Virus record (IMG/VR): IMGVR_UViG_3300003375_000013
Span: 32,001 to 96,000 of that record
Reading direction: 5' to 3' (one strand)
DNA: 64,000 nt
Source: a virus
The position numbers and the translations under genes are program-made. Shown piece by piece: positions 52,530-62,428 of the stretch. Position 1 is the stretch's first letter. Each line of letters begins with the position of its first letter. The notes under the pieces were generated by a model that was not told the DNA's origin, did not search any database, and saw only the letters and a list, made by a program, of their open reading frames with translations.

Positions 52530-52765
52530 ATTTAGATATTATTCGTGTGCCAAAGAAATGGTATAATCATGATACCAAAGAATGGGTTGACGCTTCTGTA
52601 TATCGGATTCGCTACAGCCAAGACGTTCATGATTGGTTAATAGAAAGTTACGGAGGACCCGAAGCTAATTTGGTATCAGGTAAAGGTTGGAACATATTAA
52701 TGGATAAAATTTTTATGGACGAGACTGCTTACATGATGTATTCACTAAAATTTGGAATAATGTGA
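52526..52765 (+). CDS. Small hypothetical protein, F-x-L-(R/K) family
   Basis: Ends YMMYSLKFG. Confidence 0.7.
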   Translation: MNLDIIRVPKKWYNHDTKEWVDASVYRIRYSQDVHDWLIESYGGPEANLVSGKGWNILMDKIFMDETAYMMYSLKFGIM

Positions 52766-53040
52766 ACGACGATTTATATAACTCCGCAGAAGCAAGATTA
52801 GATACTGTAGCCGGTAGAAATGCGTATTGGATACGATTAACATCTGCTAAAAAAGAATACGATATTCTGCGAGCTAGTTCGGGTGGACTAGAATTGCCTA
52901 ACTTCAGAAACTACATACGCGATGTGTATGGTGTTGAAATGGGCGCAGATGAAGACGGCTTTACTCTACCAACATACACTATCATAGACGAACAAAAACA
53001 TCTTATATTTTTATTAAAACATAGCAAACATGAAAACTAA
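52762..53040 (+). CDS. Small hypothetical protein, F-x-L-(R/K) family
   Basis: Ends EQKHLIFLLKHS; GTG start. Confidence 0.7.
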   Translation: MNDDLYNSAEARLDTVAGRNAYWIRLTSAKKEYDILRASSGGLELPNFRNYIRDVYGVEMGADEDGFTLPTYTIIDEQKHLIFLLKHSKHEN

Positions 53041-53290
53041 AATTAAACATAATCTAGTTATTTTTGAACGAGAATCAGATTGGGAAATTGTGCGAGAGAA
53101 AATCAAAAAGGATTTTGGAGCAACTATATGTGCTATTTCTTGGCGACTTAAACGAGAACTTGGATTTACTATTAGATATCACCGAGCAGAAATAGAAGGA
53201 GTCACATATTCTCATGAGTCAGTTCATCTTGATTTTTTCAACGAGTCAGCACATTCGTGGTTTGTTCTCAAATACTTAAACCTTGAATAG
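53030..53290 (+). CDS. Small hypothetical protein, F-x-L-(R/K) family
   Basis: Ends NESAHSWFVLKYL. Confidence 0.7.
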   Translation: MKTKIKHNLVIFERESDWEIVREKIKKDFGATICAISWRLKRELGFTIRYHRAEIEGVTYSHESVHLDFFNESAHSWFVLKYLNLE

Positions 53291-53297
53291 AAAATAA

Positions 53298-53585
53298 ATG
53301 GATTTTAGAATAACAAAACTTGATAAACGACATAACGGTCACTTATTTTACAAATATTCAGTGGCTCCTATATGGCATGCAGCATATACATATAATGACG
53401 CTATATATGATCAAAAGTTTGTCAATGCACGTAACTGGTGCTGGGAAACATGGGGACCATCAACTGAGTTTACTATACTATCTCGTAACGAATATTGGGC
53501 GTGGGATAGTGAATTTAAACATAGACGAATATATCTAAAAAACGACGAATCATTAATATTTTTTAAACTGAAATTCAATACTTGA
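53298..53585 (+). CDS. Small hypothetical protein, F-x-L-(R/K) family
   Basis: ARNWCWETWGPS; ends NDESLIFFKLKF. Confidence 0.72.
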   Translation: MDFRITKLDKRHNGHLFYKYSVAPIWHAAYTYNDAIYDQKFVNARNWCWETWGPSTEFTILSRNEYWAWDSEFKHRRIYLKNDESLIFFKLKFNT

Positions 53586-53610
53586 CAATTAAATCATGTG
53601 CTACTATAAT
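53582..53610 (+). promoter_or_regulatory. sigma70-type promoter
   Basis: TTGACA-17-TATAAT. Confidence 0.82.
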
Positions 53611-53640
53611 AGTTACACATTAACAACTAAGGATTACACC

Positions 53641-54912
53641 ATGGCTACTGCCGGTACTAGTGCAAACAAAAAACAAGGCGAAAGCCTTAAAGACATTTTA
53701 GGTCCGATGGATCCTAAAATTGATGCTATCGTTCGTGAAAAACTTATCACAGCTCGTGTAGGTTTATTGCTACGTGCCAGCTTTTTCGGCAACTTAGCTA
53801 CTCGACTTAAATTAGTAAATGCTGACGAGTGGCTGTCCACTGCTGCTACTGATGGTCGTCACTTTTATTACAATAGTCGCTTTATTAACATGCTACGTCC
53901 AAAAGAAATTGAATTCCTATTTGGCCACGAAGTACTGCATTGCGTATACGATCATATGGGTCGTGCTGGTAGCCGTGATAAACAATTATTCAACGTTGCC
54001 GCTGACTATTGCGTAAATGCTGACTTAGTTAAACATCGTGTTGGTGAAAAAATCACCACAGTTGGCTGTTTACATGATTCCAAATATGATGGCATGAGTG
54101 CTGAACAAGTTTATGATTTGTTACAACAAAATGCTGACAAAATCAGTATGCAAGATCTTATTGATCAATTGCTTGATGACCACTTAGATGGTGATGACGA
54201 TGGTGATGGTGGTGATGATGAAAATGATGATAGCAAAGGTCCACGTAGATTAACACAAGCCGAAAAAGACGCTATCCGTGATGAAATCAAAGAAGCGGTA
54301 TTAGCCGCAGCTGCCGCATCAGATCAGGCTGGTAATTTGCCAGCTGGCGTTAAGCGTATGATTGAGGATATGACAGAGCCAAAAATGAACTGGCGTGAAC
54401 TGTTACGTATGCAACTTGAGTCTACTATCAAGTCAGACTTTACTTGGATGCGTACTGGTCGCAAAGGTTGGGATATGGATGCTGTTATGCCAGGCATGAA
54501 ATTAGAACCTATGATTGATATTGGTATTGCTATTGATGCATCTGGTTCTATCAGTAGCAAAATGCTTAAAGAATTCTTGTCTGAAGTACAAGGCATTATG
54601 GATTCGTTTCCTGCTTATAAGATTCATATTATTACTTGGGATACAGACACCTATAATCCACAACAGTATAACAGCGATAATCTTGATACTATCTGCGATT
54701 ATGAAGTCAAAGGTGGTGGCGGTACCGATGTAGATTGCGTATTCAAATATTTCAGAGACAATGAAATTGAGCCTAAACGTCTAGTTATTTTCACAGACGG
54801 ATATTTCAGTGGATTCGGTGACGAGAATTATTGTGATACAGTCTGGATTGTTCATAGTAACCCTTCATTTGATCCTACCCATGGTGAATGGGCAGAGTAC
54901 GAACTAGACTAA
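53641..54912 (+). CDS. DUF2201-type metallopeptidase plus vWA domain protein
   Basis: TAATDG, GHEVLHC (HExxH), IDASGSIS MIDAS, GGGGTD, IFTDG; start ATG 53641. Confidence 0.9.
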   Translation: MATAGTSANKKQGESLKDILGPMDPKIDAIVREKLITARVGLLLRASFFGNLATRLKLVNADEWLSTAATDGRHFYYNSRFINMLRPKEIEFLFGHEVLHCVYDHMGRAGSRDKQLFNVAADYCVNADLVKHRVGEKITTVGCLHDSKYDGMSAEQVYDLLQQNADKISMQDLIDQLLDDHLDGDDDGDGGDDENDDSKGPRRLTQAEKDAIRDEIKEAVLAAAAASDQAGNLPAGVKRMIEDMTEPKMNWRELLRMQLESTIKSDFTWMRTGRKGWDMDAVMPGMKLEPMIDIGIAIDASGSISSKMLKEFLSEVQGIMDSFPAYKIHIITWDTDTYNPQQYNSDNLDTICDYEVKGGGGTDVDCVFKYFRDNEIEPKRLVIFTDGYFSGFGDENYCDTVWIVHSNPSFDPTHGEWAEYELD

Positions 54913-54930
54913 ACTGCTGGCAATATTGCC

Positions 54931-54962
54931 AAAATGCCCCTTAACAGGGGCATTTTTATTTT
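54931..54962 (+). terminator. Rho-independent terminator
   Basis: AAAATGCCCC-TTAACA-GGGGCATTTT plus T tract. Confidence 0.8.
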
Positions 54963-54993
54963 CAGCATGATATAATGTGTATTAAATAGTTGT

Positions 54994-55212
54994 ATGGAAA
55001 ACACAACACAACCTATACAACCAATTACTGTAGCAGACCTAGATGCTCTCCGTAGCATTATTGATCTTGCAGCTACCCGCGGAGCATTCCAGGGGGCAGA
55101 ATTATCTCAAGTTGGAGCTGTCTTTGACAAGCTGACAATTTTTCTTAATTCAGTAGTAAAACAGGCGCAAGCCTCAGCTGAGCCACTCAGCGATAATACA
55201 CAAGGAGTATAA
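54994..55212 (+). CDS. Small hypothetical phage protein
   Basis: ITVADL..IIDLAATRGAF; TAAATA 5 nt upstream. Confidence 0.78.
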   Translation: MENTTQPIQPITVADLDALRSIIDLAATRGAFQGAELSQVGAVFDKLTIFLNSVVKQAQASAEPLSDNTQGV

Positions 55213-55213
55213 A

Positions 55214-55972
55214 ATGGCACAAATGATTAAGCATGTAGGGAAACACGGAGACCGTAAGGTTCTCGTATTGTACAGAGAAGTACCAAACGAAGATCATATG
55301 TGTTTGGTAGTCTATCCTGAGGTATTAAATGCCACATGGCAAGATGCTATTCAGCGAGTAGTAGAAAGTCCAGTCGGACAGAATGAAAATTGTTTAGCAG
55401 ATGCTTTGCATCGTTCATTACTTCCAGATGGTCGTCCGATTCTAGAAACATTACACAATGAACGAATGATTAAGAAAATTCGTTGCTCAGATGTTCTTAT
55501 GACCCCAGGCGGAAATGCTAAAATGCGCTTAGACGAAATGAACAAGATGGTCAATGAAATGAATAAAGGCGAAGAAGCTCGCAAGAAGATGGAAGAAAAC
55601 GAAGCTTCTCGTGGAATGGTTGATCCTTCTGTTAAACGTGCCGCAGAAGCTCGTTATAAAGATGAACAACTTGCCAAGCAAACAGAAGCGCAAAATCGTT
55701 ACATTGAACCAACAGAAAATCTTATTGCGCCAGTTGATGGTGTGTTAAGTGACCGTGCTATCGCTGCTAACATGTTGACTCAGGCTAAACGCATGGAAAT
55801 TGAAGCAACAAACATGATTGCTGAAGCTGCTCGTATGAAAAAAGATGCTGAACGCATGGTGCCTGGTGTTAATCCAGCAGAAGCCACATGGACACCTCCT
55901 GTTCCAGAAGCACCTAAGCGCCGTGGTCGTCCACCTAAAGCAGAAGCTACGGTGAGTGATGCAGCCAACTGA
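55214..55972 (+). CDS. Hypothetical phage protein with coiled-coil and AT-hook-like tail
   Basis: IKHVGK...; C-terminal KRRGRPPK. Confidence 0.78.
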   Translation: MAQMIKHVGKHGDRKVLVLYREVPNEDHMCLVVYPEVLNATWQDAIQRVVESPVGQNENCLADALHRSLLPDGRPILETLHNERMIKKIRCSDVLMTPGGNAKMRLDEMNKMVNEMNKGEEARKKMEENEASRGMVDPSVKRAAEARYKDEQLAKQTEAQNRYIEPTENLIAPVDGVLSDRAIAANMLTQAKRMEIEATNMIAEAARMKKDAERMVPGVNPAEATWTPPVPEAPKRRGRPPKAEATVSDAAN

Positions 55973-56261
55973 TGATTTGCTGAGTCAGTGGGAAATCATT
56001 GTTGAAGAAGTTAACAAAACTGATGTCCCACTTGAGTGTATTAAAAAGATTGTGTTTAAGTTAACTAATGGTAGACAACGAACAATTAACATACATACAC
56101 TCACTAAACAAGGGCTAAACATGGACGATCTTGAACAGCTAGTTGCTAGAACATTTAGTGAGCTAGACACAGAGATCAAAGATGTTGAATTTATAGTAGA
56201 CATTAAAAGTGTAGCGGCGTTGGTACAACCCGAGACAGATAAATTATTAGGAAAACTTTGA
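55956..56261 (+). CDS. Hypothetical protein
   Basis: 101 aa, operon-coupled. Confidence 0.72.
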   Translation: MMQPTDDLLSQWEIIVEEVNKTDVPLECIKKIVFKLTNGRQRTINIHTLTKQGLNMDDLEQLVARTFSELDTEIKDVEFIVDIKSVAALVQPETDKLLGKL

Positions 56262-56935
56262 AAGTAACATTAGTATCATCAAGTCAGCCCAGCAAGGAAC
56301 TAGTAGAACAGGGCATAGTAAATGCCCAAGAACTAGTTGCTTACTGTGCCAGAGTTAGCAATCCTGCTAACCAAAATAACACAGACACAAGCGAAAAATT
56401 AATACGCTATCTGATTAAGCATAATCACTGGTCACCTCTTGAGATGGTAAGCGTGTGTCTTTCTATTGAGACAACAAGAGATATCGCACGACAAATTCTA
56501 CGGCATCGTAGTTTTAGTTTTCAAGAGTTTAGTCAACGATACGCAGTCGCTGATTTAGGTTGGGAATTAAAACAACCAAGATTGCAAGATACAAAGAATC
56601 GACAGAACAGTATTGAGATTACTGGAGATAACTTAACTGAACAAAATTTAATAGAACAATGGCGTTGGAAACAAGAATCAGTTATCGCTTCTGCTCAAAG
56701 TTCATATGAATGGGCTATTAAACAAGGCATCGCTAAAGAACAAGCTCGTGCTGTACTACCAGAAGGACTTACCCTTAGTAGATTATACATGCAAGGCACA
56801 TTGCGTTCATGGTTACATTACATAGAACTACGCAGTGGACCAGAAACACAAAAAGAACATAGGGAAGTGGCAGTATCTTGTGCTAAAGCACTTGAATCAA
56901 TATTTCCCATGGTGAACGAATTTCTAGTGGCATAA
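56258..56935 (+). CDS. thyX: Flavin-dependent thymidylate synthase
   Basis: HWSPLE, RQILRHRSFSFQEFSQRYA, ARAVLP, RSWLHYIELR. Confidence 0.96.
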   Translation: MKVTLVSSSQPSKELVEQGIVNAQELVAYCARVSNPANQNNTDTSEKLIRYLIKHNHWSPLEMVSVCLSIETTRDIARQILRHRSFSFQEFSQRYAVADLGWELKQPRLQDTKNRQNSIEITGDNLTEQNLIEQWRWKQESVIASAQSSYEWAIKQGIAKEQARAVLPEGLTLSRLYMQGTLRSWLHYIELRSGPETQKEHREVAVSCAKALESIFPMVNEFLVA

Positions 56936-57171
56936 TAGTACACACATTTGTAATAGGCGATGTAGAAGACCCTGATATATACGCTGCCAATCCTCTTTGG
57001 GAATGGCAAGAAAGTGAAATGGGAAAATGGGTCATGGAACACGCAATAGAACCTCCTGAATGGCATCGTATGACCGATTCATTGAGTTATGGATACCGAT
57101 ATAACGTTATTGCCAAACTCACTGAGCAAGATCAAACTTTTTGGACACTAAAGTGGAAAGATATTAAATGA
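56932..57171 (+). CDS. Small hypothetical protein (79 aa) with no ATG/GTG/TTG; probable ATA start
   Basis: IIVHTFVIGDVEDPDIYAANPLWEW...FWTLKW; fills the thyX-epimerase gap exactly. Confidence 0.55.
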   Translation: MIVHTFVIGDVEDPDIYAANPLWEWQESEMGKWVMEHAIEPPEWHRMTDSLSYGYRYNVIAKLTEQDQTFWTLKWKDIK

Positions 57172-58112
57172 ATATACTAATTACAGGTGGCATGGGATTC
57201 ATAGGACATAATGTAGTTATTGTTTTAGAAAAATTGAAACATAATGTTTCTATGGTGGACAATATAACTGATTATGGCATTATACCAAGGCGTGAATTAG
57301 ATTTCCTAATGTTTAAGAGAATATGTAGAATTAAATCTCCTAATATCACTATTGCTGATATCACAGAACCGTTAGACGATAAACTGTTTGAGGGTATTGA
57401 TGTTGTTATACATTTAGCCAGTTTTCCTAGACAAAAAGTTGTTAACAAAAATCCCGCCGCTGGAAGTAAAGTTATGAGTGAAGGATTATTGAACTTACTT
57501 GAACTATCCGTTAAACATGGTATTAAAAGATTTGTGTATGCTAGTTCAAGTATGGTGTATGGTAATTTTGATCATAACAGCACTAACGAAAATGCCGTAT
57601 GTGCGCCTATTGGCCAATATGGCATAATGAAACTGGCAGGTGAATGGTTAGTTCGAGATTATACTAGACAATACGGGTTAAATCATACCATTGTTCGTCC
57701 TAGTGCCGTATACGGACCATATGATGTAGAAGATAGGGTTATTAGTAAGTTTTTTGCCGCTGCTATGCGTGATGATAAACTGATAGTTAATGGAGCCGAT
57801 GAAATGCTGGACTTTACGTTTGTCGGTGATACTGCATTCGGTATAGCACTAGCTGCCACTAGCCCCGGTTCATTAAATAAAACGTATAATATATCCCGCG
57901 GCAAAGCGCATACTTTATTAGAAGCTGCTACATTAATAACTAAAATAGTCGGCAAAGGAACTGTTGTAGTTAGAGAACGAGATTCAGCGTTTCCTGTAAG
58001 GGGAGAACTAAATATACAACAAGCGAAAACAGATTTTGGATATCACCCTGATGTTAATCTAGCACAAGGATTATTTGAATACTACGAATGGCTTAAACAA
58101 GTAAAATTATAA
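57168..58112 (+). CDS. NAD-dependent epimerase/dehydratase
   Basis: TGGMGFIG, YASSSMVYG, YGIMK, RPSAVYGP, DFTFVGD. Confidence 0.93.
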   Translation: MNILITGGMGFIGHNVVIVLEKLKHNVSMVDNITDYGIIPRRELDFLMFKRICRIKSPNITIADITEPLDDKLFEGIDVVIHLASFPRQKVVNKNPAAGSKVMSEGLLNLLELSVKHGIKRFVYASSSMVYGNFDHNSTNENAVCAPIGQYGIMKLAGEWLVRDYTRQYGLNHTIVRPSAVYGPYDVEDRVISKFFAAAMRDDKLIVNGADEMLDFTFVGDTAFGIALAATSPGSLNKTYNISRGKAHTLLEAATLITKIVGKGTVVVRERDSAFPVRGELNIQQAKTDFGYHPDVNLAQGLFEYYEWLKQVKL

Positions 58113-58682
58113 TATATATTGCGACATATTGTTATACCAAAGCTCAGGCCCACTATTAGTTAAATGATGTAACATAACCCATTGCTGACAACTTTCAGGA
58201 ATGGGATCTTTAGAACCACATACATTATACTTTGAAGATTCCATTGTAAACTCAATAGAACAATTTGTTTTAATTAATTCTAAATATTTTGAGAAGGCAA
58301 GTAGATTATGCTCACGACTAATAAATAAACAGTCAAGATTGTTTAGTTTAGCTACATTAAATTGTATGGGTAAACAGTAAGTTGTATTAAGAAACTTATC
58401 GCCACCACCAAACTTAGATAGTCCATGCCTATAATCTGGATGTATCCACATTCTAGTACTACATCTTCCAATACCTTTTGCCCAACGTTCATCACTAATT
58501 TGTAACGCACTAAAACATACAATTTTATCATTTATAATAACAACCGGAAATGATAAAAAATCCCTAGGATCTAATCCTATATAATTTTCTTTAAGATCAT
58601 CGGTTGTGTTAATGAGATATTCTTGATATTCTTCCCAAAGTGTTGTGTCAAAACTTGTAGCGAAATCAACTATTTTCTTCAT
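58107..58682 (-). CDS. Putative GNAT-fold protein
   Basis: KIVCFSALQ...GRCSTRMWIHPDYR pattern. Confidence 0.45.
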   Translation of the reverse strand: MKKIVDFATSFDTTLWEEYQEYLINTTDDLKENYIGLDPRDFLSFPVVIINDKIVCFSALQISDERWAKGIGRCSTRMWIHPDYRHGLSKFGGGDKFLNTTYCLPIQFNVAKLNNLDCLFISREHNLLAFSKYLELIKTNCSIEFTMESSKYNVCGSKDPIPESCQQWVMLHHLTNSGPELWYNNMSQYIL

Positions 58683-58689
58683 CGTACTC

Positions 58690-58703
58690 TATTTAATTAA
58701 ATA
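58690..58703. promoter_or_regulatory. Palindromic back-to-back late promoters
   Basis: TATTTAATTAAATA is self-complementary; TAAATA lies 4 nt and 7 nt from the two divergent ATGs. Confidence 0.6.
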
Positions 58704-58707
58704 CCAT

Positions 58708-59541
58708 ATGCCTAAAATAAATTCATTCTTGTACTACATACTCTATCCAGTACATGCCATAGCATGGATAGGTACAATATTATTCTTTATATTTTTTGAC
58801 TTTACATGGACTAACTTTTGGCAATTGCTAATTGGCTGGATCATAATAGAAGGACTTGGCGTTGCTGTAGTACTACATAGGCATGTTAGTCACAAAGCTG
58901 TTGGACTACGACCTTGGTTAAAACCAATTTTACTATGGATTAGTTGTTTATCACTGCAAGGCAGTCCGCTTGGCTGGGCAGCAGTACACAGAGGTAGTCA
59001 TCACCGATACAGCGATACAGAAAAAGATGCCCACACACCCACCAAAGGCTGGTGGTACGCATGGCACATGTGGTTACATGATTGGGACAAATACTTTAAT
59101 CCTAAGTACGCAATAGATTTAGTCAGAGATCCTATGCATGTGTGGATTGCTAAGCATTATAACTATATTATTCTCGTAACTTATGTTATAGTAGGGTTGA
59201 TTAGCTGGAAACTGTTGCTATTTGGGTTTATTATACCAGCAGCACTAAGCTTATATATGGAAAGTAACATTAATGTATTTTGTCATACTAAAAATATGGG
59301 TTATAGGAATTTTGAAACTAAGGATAATAGCCAGAATGTTTCATTACTAGCTTGGATAACATGGGGCCAAGGTTGGCACAATAACCATCATGAGAAAGCA
59401 AGTAGCTATGATTTTGGATCTAGTGTAAGTGGCAAGTCAAGTGAGTGGGATTTTAGTTTAATCTTCTTGCCACTGATTGCCACTAAAGAAAGTAGACAAA
59501 AAATTTGGCGGGAGCGCAATGACAAACTTCACTCACAATAA
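58708..59541 (+). CDS. Membrane fatty-acid (delta-9 acyl-CoA/lipid) desaturase
   Basis: His boxes HRHVSH, HRGSHHRY, GWHNNHH; transmembrane helices; start ATG 58708. Confidence 0.92.
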   Translation: MPKINSFLYYILYPVHAIAWIGTILFFIFFDFTWTNFWQLLIGWIIIEGLGVAVVLHRHVSHKAVGLRPWLKPILLWISCLSLQGSPLGWAAVHRGSHHRYSDTEKDAHTPTKGWWYAWHMWLHDWDKYFNPKYAIDLVRDPMHVWIAKHYNYIILVTYVIVGLISWKLLLFGFIIPAALSLYMESNINVFCHTKNMGYRNFETKDNSQNVSLLAWITWGQGWHNNHHEKASSYDFGSSVSGKSSEWDFSLIFLPLIATKESRQKIWRERNDKLHSQ

Positions 59542-60436
59542 TCATCTTGTATACAGCATAGGTGGACGTGATTATGATTATAGAACAAATTCAATAGAAA
59601 AATATTCAGTAAGAGTTGGCGCAATAGACCCAGAACGATATGCTGCTAGCTCATATGTAGACGAATTACATCGTACTGCTCAGTTAGTAAGAAGTGATTT
59701 TGGCAAGGATCTTGTATTATTTTTATCAGGTGGCACTGACAGTGAAATAGTACTAAGAAATTTTGTAGCAACAGGATTCAAGCCACGCTGCGTTACTCTT
59801 AGATTTAAAAATGACTACAATGCCAGTGATTTAGTTGAAGCGCAAGCAATAGCGGATGAGTTGAGAGTTAAACTAGATATCATTGATATAGATATTGAGG
59901 ATTTTTACTATTCAGGCGAAGCTAAAGAGTTTGGCGAGCAAATACAATGTACTCAGATAACTTATATTATGGTTTACAGAAGCGTATTGAAACTAGGTGC
60001 TCCAGCAGTAATGGGCGGAGAAGCATTACTTACTAGACAAGTAAATCTTAATGATAGTTATTGGTATTATACACTTAGAGAAAATGAAGATGCCAGTGCC
60101 ATGCGTTTCTCTGATAAATTTGGAGTGCCATTAGTAAATGAATGGTTTAGTTATACACCTGAATTGCTATTGCATTGGTTAGAAAATCCTTTAGTAAAAG
60201 AACTCGTGTCCAATCGATACAACTACAAGCTAAACTCTGCCAGCAGCAAGAACTCAATTTTATCCACACTATACAAAACTAGACCTAAATCAAAAACACA
60301 TGGATTTGAAAAGTTACTAGACTTTAATCAAGAAGTATACAAAGAATTAGGAAGAACACAAATCAAAAGGCTAGAAGCCAGTATTGATGGCGTACCTTAT
60401 GATACCGTAATACAGCAATTGAAAGGACTGCTATGA
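59519..60436 (+). CDS. PP-loop (adenine nucleotide alpha-hydrolase) family protein
   Basis: FLSGGTDSEIV; start ATG 59519. Confidence 0.7.
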   Translation: MTNFTHNNHLVYSIGGRDYDYRTNSIEKYSVRVGAIDPERYAASSYVDELHRTAQLVRSDFGKDLVLFLSGGTDSEIVLRNFVATGFKPRCVTLRFKNDYNASDLVEAQAIADELRVKLDIIDIDIEDFYYSGEAKEFGEQIQCTQITYIMVYRSVLKLGAPAVMGGEALLTRQVNLNDSYWYYTLRENEDASAMRFSDKFGVPLVNEWFSYTPELLLHWLENPLVKELVSNRYNYKLNSASSKNSILSTLYKTRPKSKTHGFEKLLDFNQEVYKELGRTQIKRLEASIDGVPYDTVIQQLKGLL

Positions 60437-60951
60437 AAATTGTAGAATTAAATCTATTATATAGAGAACTTGTTAAACCATTATTCACAGTAGATGCGTT
60501 ATATGAAAGATTTGTAGACACTTATCTATCAGGGTTAACCAGTTACAAAGCACTAGCTATAGAACAAGAAGATGGCAGTATAACATCTTTTATATCATTT
60601 TATATAAGCCGTGATGACGCATGTTGGTACATCACTGATATAAAATCAAATGACGCAAAAGATGAACTTCGCACATTAATAGGTGCGGCAATAGCTCATA
60701 ATGAGGGAATGGGTAGGTTGAAATTTTACTCACTTATTGATGCTGATGATATTGGATTGGTGGATATTGTGTTTAATTTAAGATACAAATATGTTGATGA
60801 ATGTATAGTTCCAGCAAAAACAAGGTGTTTATACAATAATTATTGGCAAATACTGTATAATCGTATGTTACCAGAAAGAGATACTATAGTACGTTGTTCA
60901 TTTCTAAAACAAAAACACAGACGATTGCTACCAATCGGTGGTAATATATGA
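60433..60951 (+). CDS. Hypothetical protein (possible GNAT fold)
   Basis: 172 aa, operon-coupled; weak beta-strand pattern. Confidence 0.5.
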   Translation: MKIVELNLLYRELVKPLFTVDALYERFVDTYLSGLTSYKALAIEQEDGSITSFISFYISRDDACWYITDIKSNDAKDELRTLIGAAIAHNEGMGRLKFYSLIDADDIGLVDIVFNLRYKYVDECIVPAKTRCLYNNYWQILYNRMLPERDTIVRCSFLKQKHRRLLPIGGNI

Positions 60952-61556
60952 ATAGCTTAGTTAGTCCATTCAAAATATTTGATAGTGACTTGAACTATGT
61001 TAAAATAGGCTCAAATGAAGAATTGGGTAACGAACTAAGAGCTTATCTAGCTGATTCCGCTAATCATCATTTATGGAAACTTAGTACCCACAGACAAACT
61101 ACGACACATGCACTTCGTTTCACAGAATCTATACATTTAAGGTTCTTAAAAGATCTTCCAACAGGGGTATCTACTATAGAATCTAATCAATGGATGGAAA
61201 TTGGCGAAAAGCCCGTTTCAAATGAAGATATTTTTAAAAAAGCTACATCTTGGTTTGAAAAAATGTTATTAAATACAGGCGCGGACCAAGTTGAATTTGG
61301 CAGAATTTTTATTAGCAAATTATCAGCTAACTCTGTTATTGATTCGCATGTTGATAGTGGAAAATATTTTAGTTACTATGATAGATTTCATTTTACTGTT
61401 ACTGCTGCTGAAGAAAACATCTTTGTAATTAGAAATGAAGAATGTACATTGGAAAACGATTCATTATTCTGGGTTAATAATCATGTTCCCCATTGGTTAG
61501 AAAATCGTAGCAACCAGGACAGAATAAACTTTATCATAGACGCAAGATTATCATGA
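60948..61556 (+). CDS. Aspartyl/asparaginyl beta-hydroxylase-like oxygenase
   Basis: FGRIFISKL...SHVDSG...RFHFTV...NNHVPHW..N...DRINFIID. Confidence 0.8.
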   Translation: MNSLVSPFKIFDSDLNYVKIGSNEELGNELRAYLADSANHHLWKLSTHRQTTTHALRFTESIHLRFLKDLPTGVSTIESNQWMEIGEKPVSNEDIFKKATSWFEKMLLNTGADQVEFGRIFISKLSANSVIDSHVDSGKYFSYYDRFHFTVTAAEENIFVIRNEECTLENDSLFWVNNHVPHWLENRSNQDRINFIIDARLS

Positions 61557-62428
61557 AAATAACTGACATACATAGTAGTTGGGGTTCAATTATACAGTTA
61601 GAATCTCCGGCTGAGTTCTTTCTATACAGTACTAATTACTGGCGTGATTTAATATACAAAAGAAAAGTAATATTCTTTAAACAAGTTAAATTTACTAATG
61701 CGGAATATGCAGAGTTTAGCTTACACTTTGGATCACCATGGCAACCAGATGATTACACTTATTCAAGAGAAAATGTAGAAACTGTTGATACTGAACACGG
61801 TGAGATGACATTAAGTCCTATAACTAATACAGCAAAACGATTGGGCATGAGTGAAATGCCATGGCATTCTGACATACCAAATAGATCATATAAGCCATTT
61901 CCATTTAGAAGCTTATGGATTGTGGCAAATCCCAATCCAACAGAGTCAGGCAAGACATCTTGGCTAAATCTTGAACATGCCATAGATTATCTTACTCCAG
62001 AAATGAAAAGTCTATTGCCTCGTGTGAAAATTATACAACAAAGTTGGTATAACCCAGGCACAGATGTTAAAGAATTTGATTTGATAAAAACTCATCCTAT
62101 CACTGGAAAACAATCGTTAAGATTAAACTATTATAACTGGGAAAAGAATACAGAAGCTTGGATATGCGGCGTAAAAATTGATAATGTATTACAACCAGAT
62201 TGCTCACTAGTAAGAGAATGGTTGTTTTACTTAGAAAAGATACCTGAGTTGACATATACTCATATTTGGGACACATATGACATATCAATTTACGATAATT
62301 GGCCGTTTGTACATAATAGATCTGAGTTGAAATTCAATAGTGATAATGAAATAAGGAAGTTTTATAGAATCAACATAGATCATCTTAACACTCATGAATG
62401 GCAGCAACATACCGCAAAATATTTTTAG
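61553..62428 (+). CDS. TauD/TfdA family 2OG-Fe(II) dioxygenase
   Basis: PWHSDIP, TSWLN, THPITGK.SL, HIW...DISIYDNWPFVHNR. Confidence 0.85.
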   Translation: MKITDIHSSWGSIIQLESPAEFFLYSTNYWRDLIYKRKVIFFKQVKFTNAEYAEFSLHFGSPWQPDDYTYSRENVETVDTEHGEMTLSPITNTAKRLGMSEMPWHSDIPNRSYKPFPFRSLWIVANPNPTESGKTSWLNLEHAIDYLTPEMKSLLPRVKIIQQSWYNPGTDVKEFDLIKTHPITGKQSLRLNYYNWEKNTEAWICGVKIDNVLQPDCSLVREWLFYLEKIPELTYTHIWDTYDISIYDNWPFVHNRSELKFNSDNEIRKFYRINIDHLNTHEWQQHTAKYF

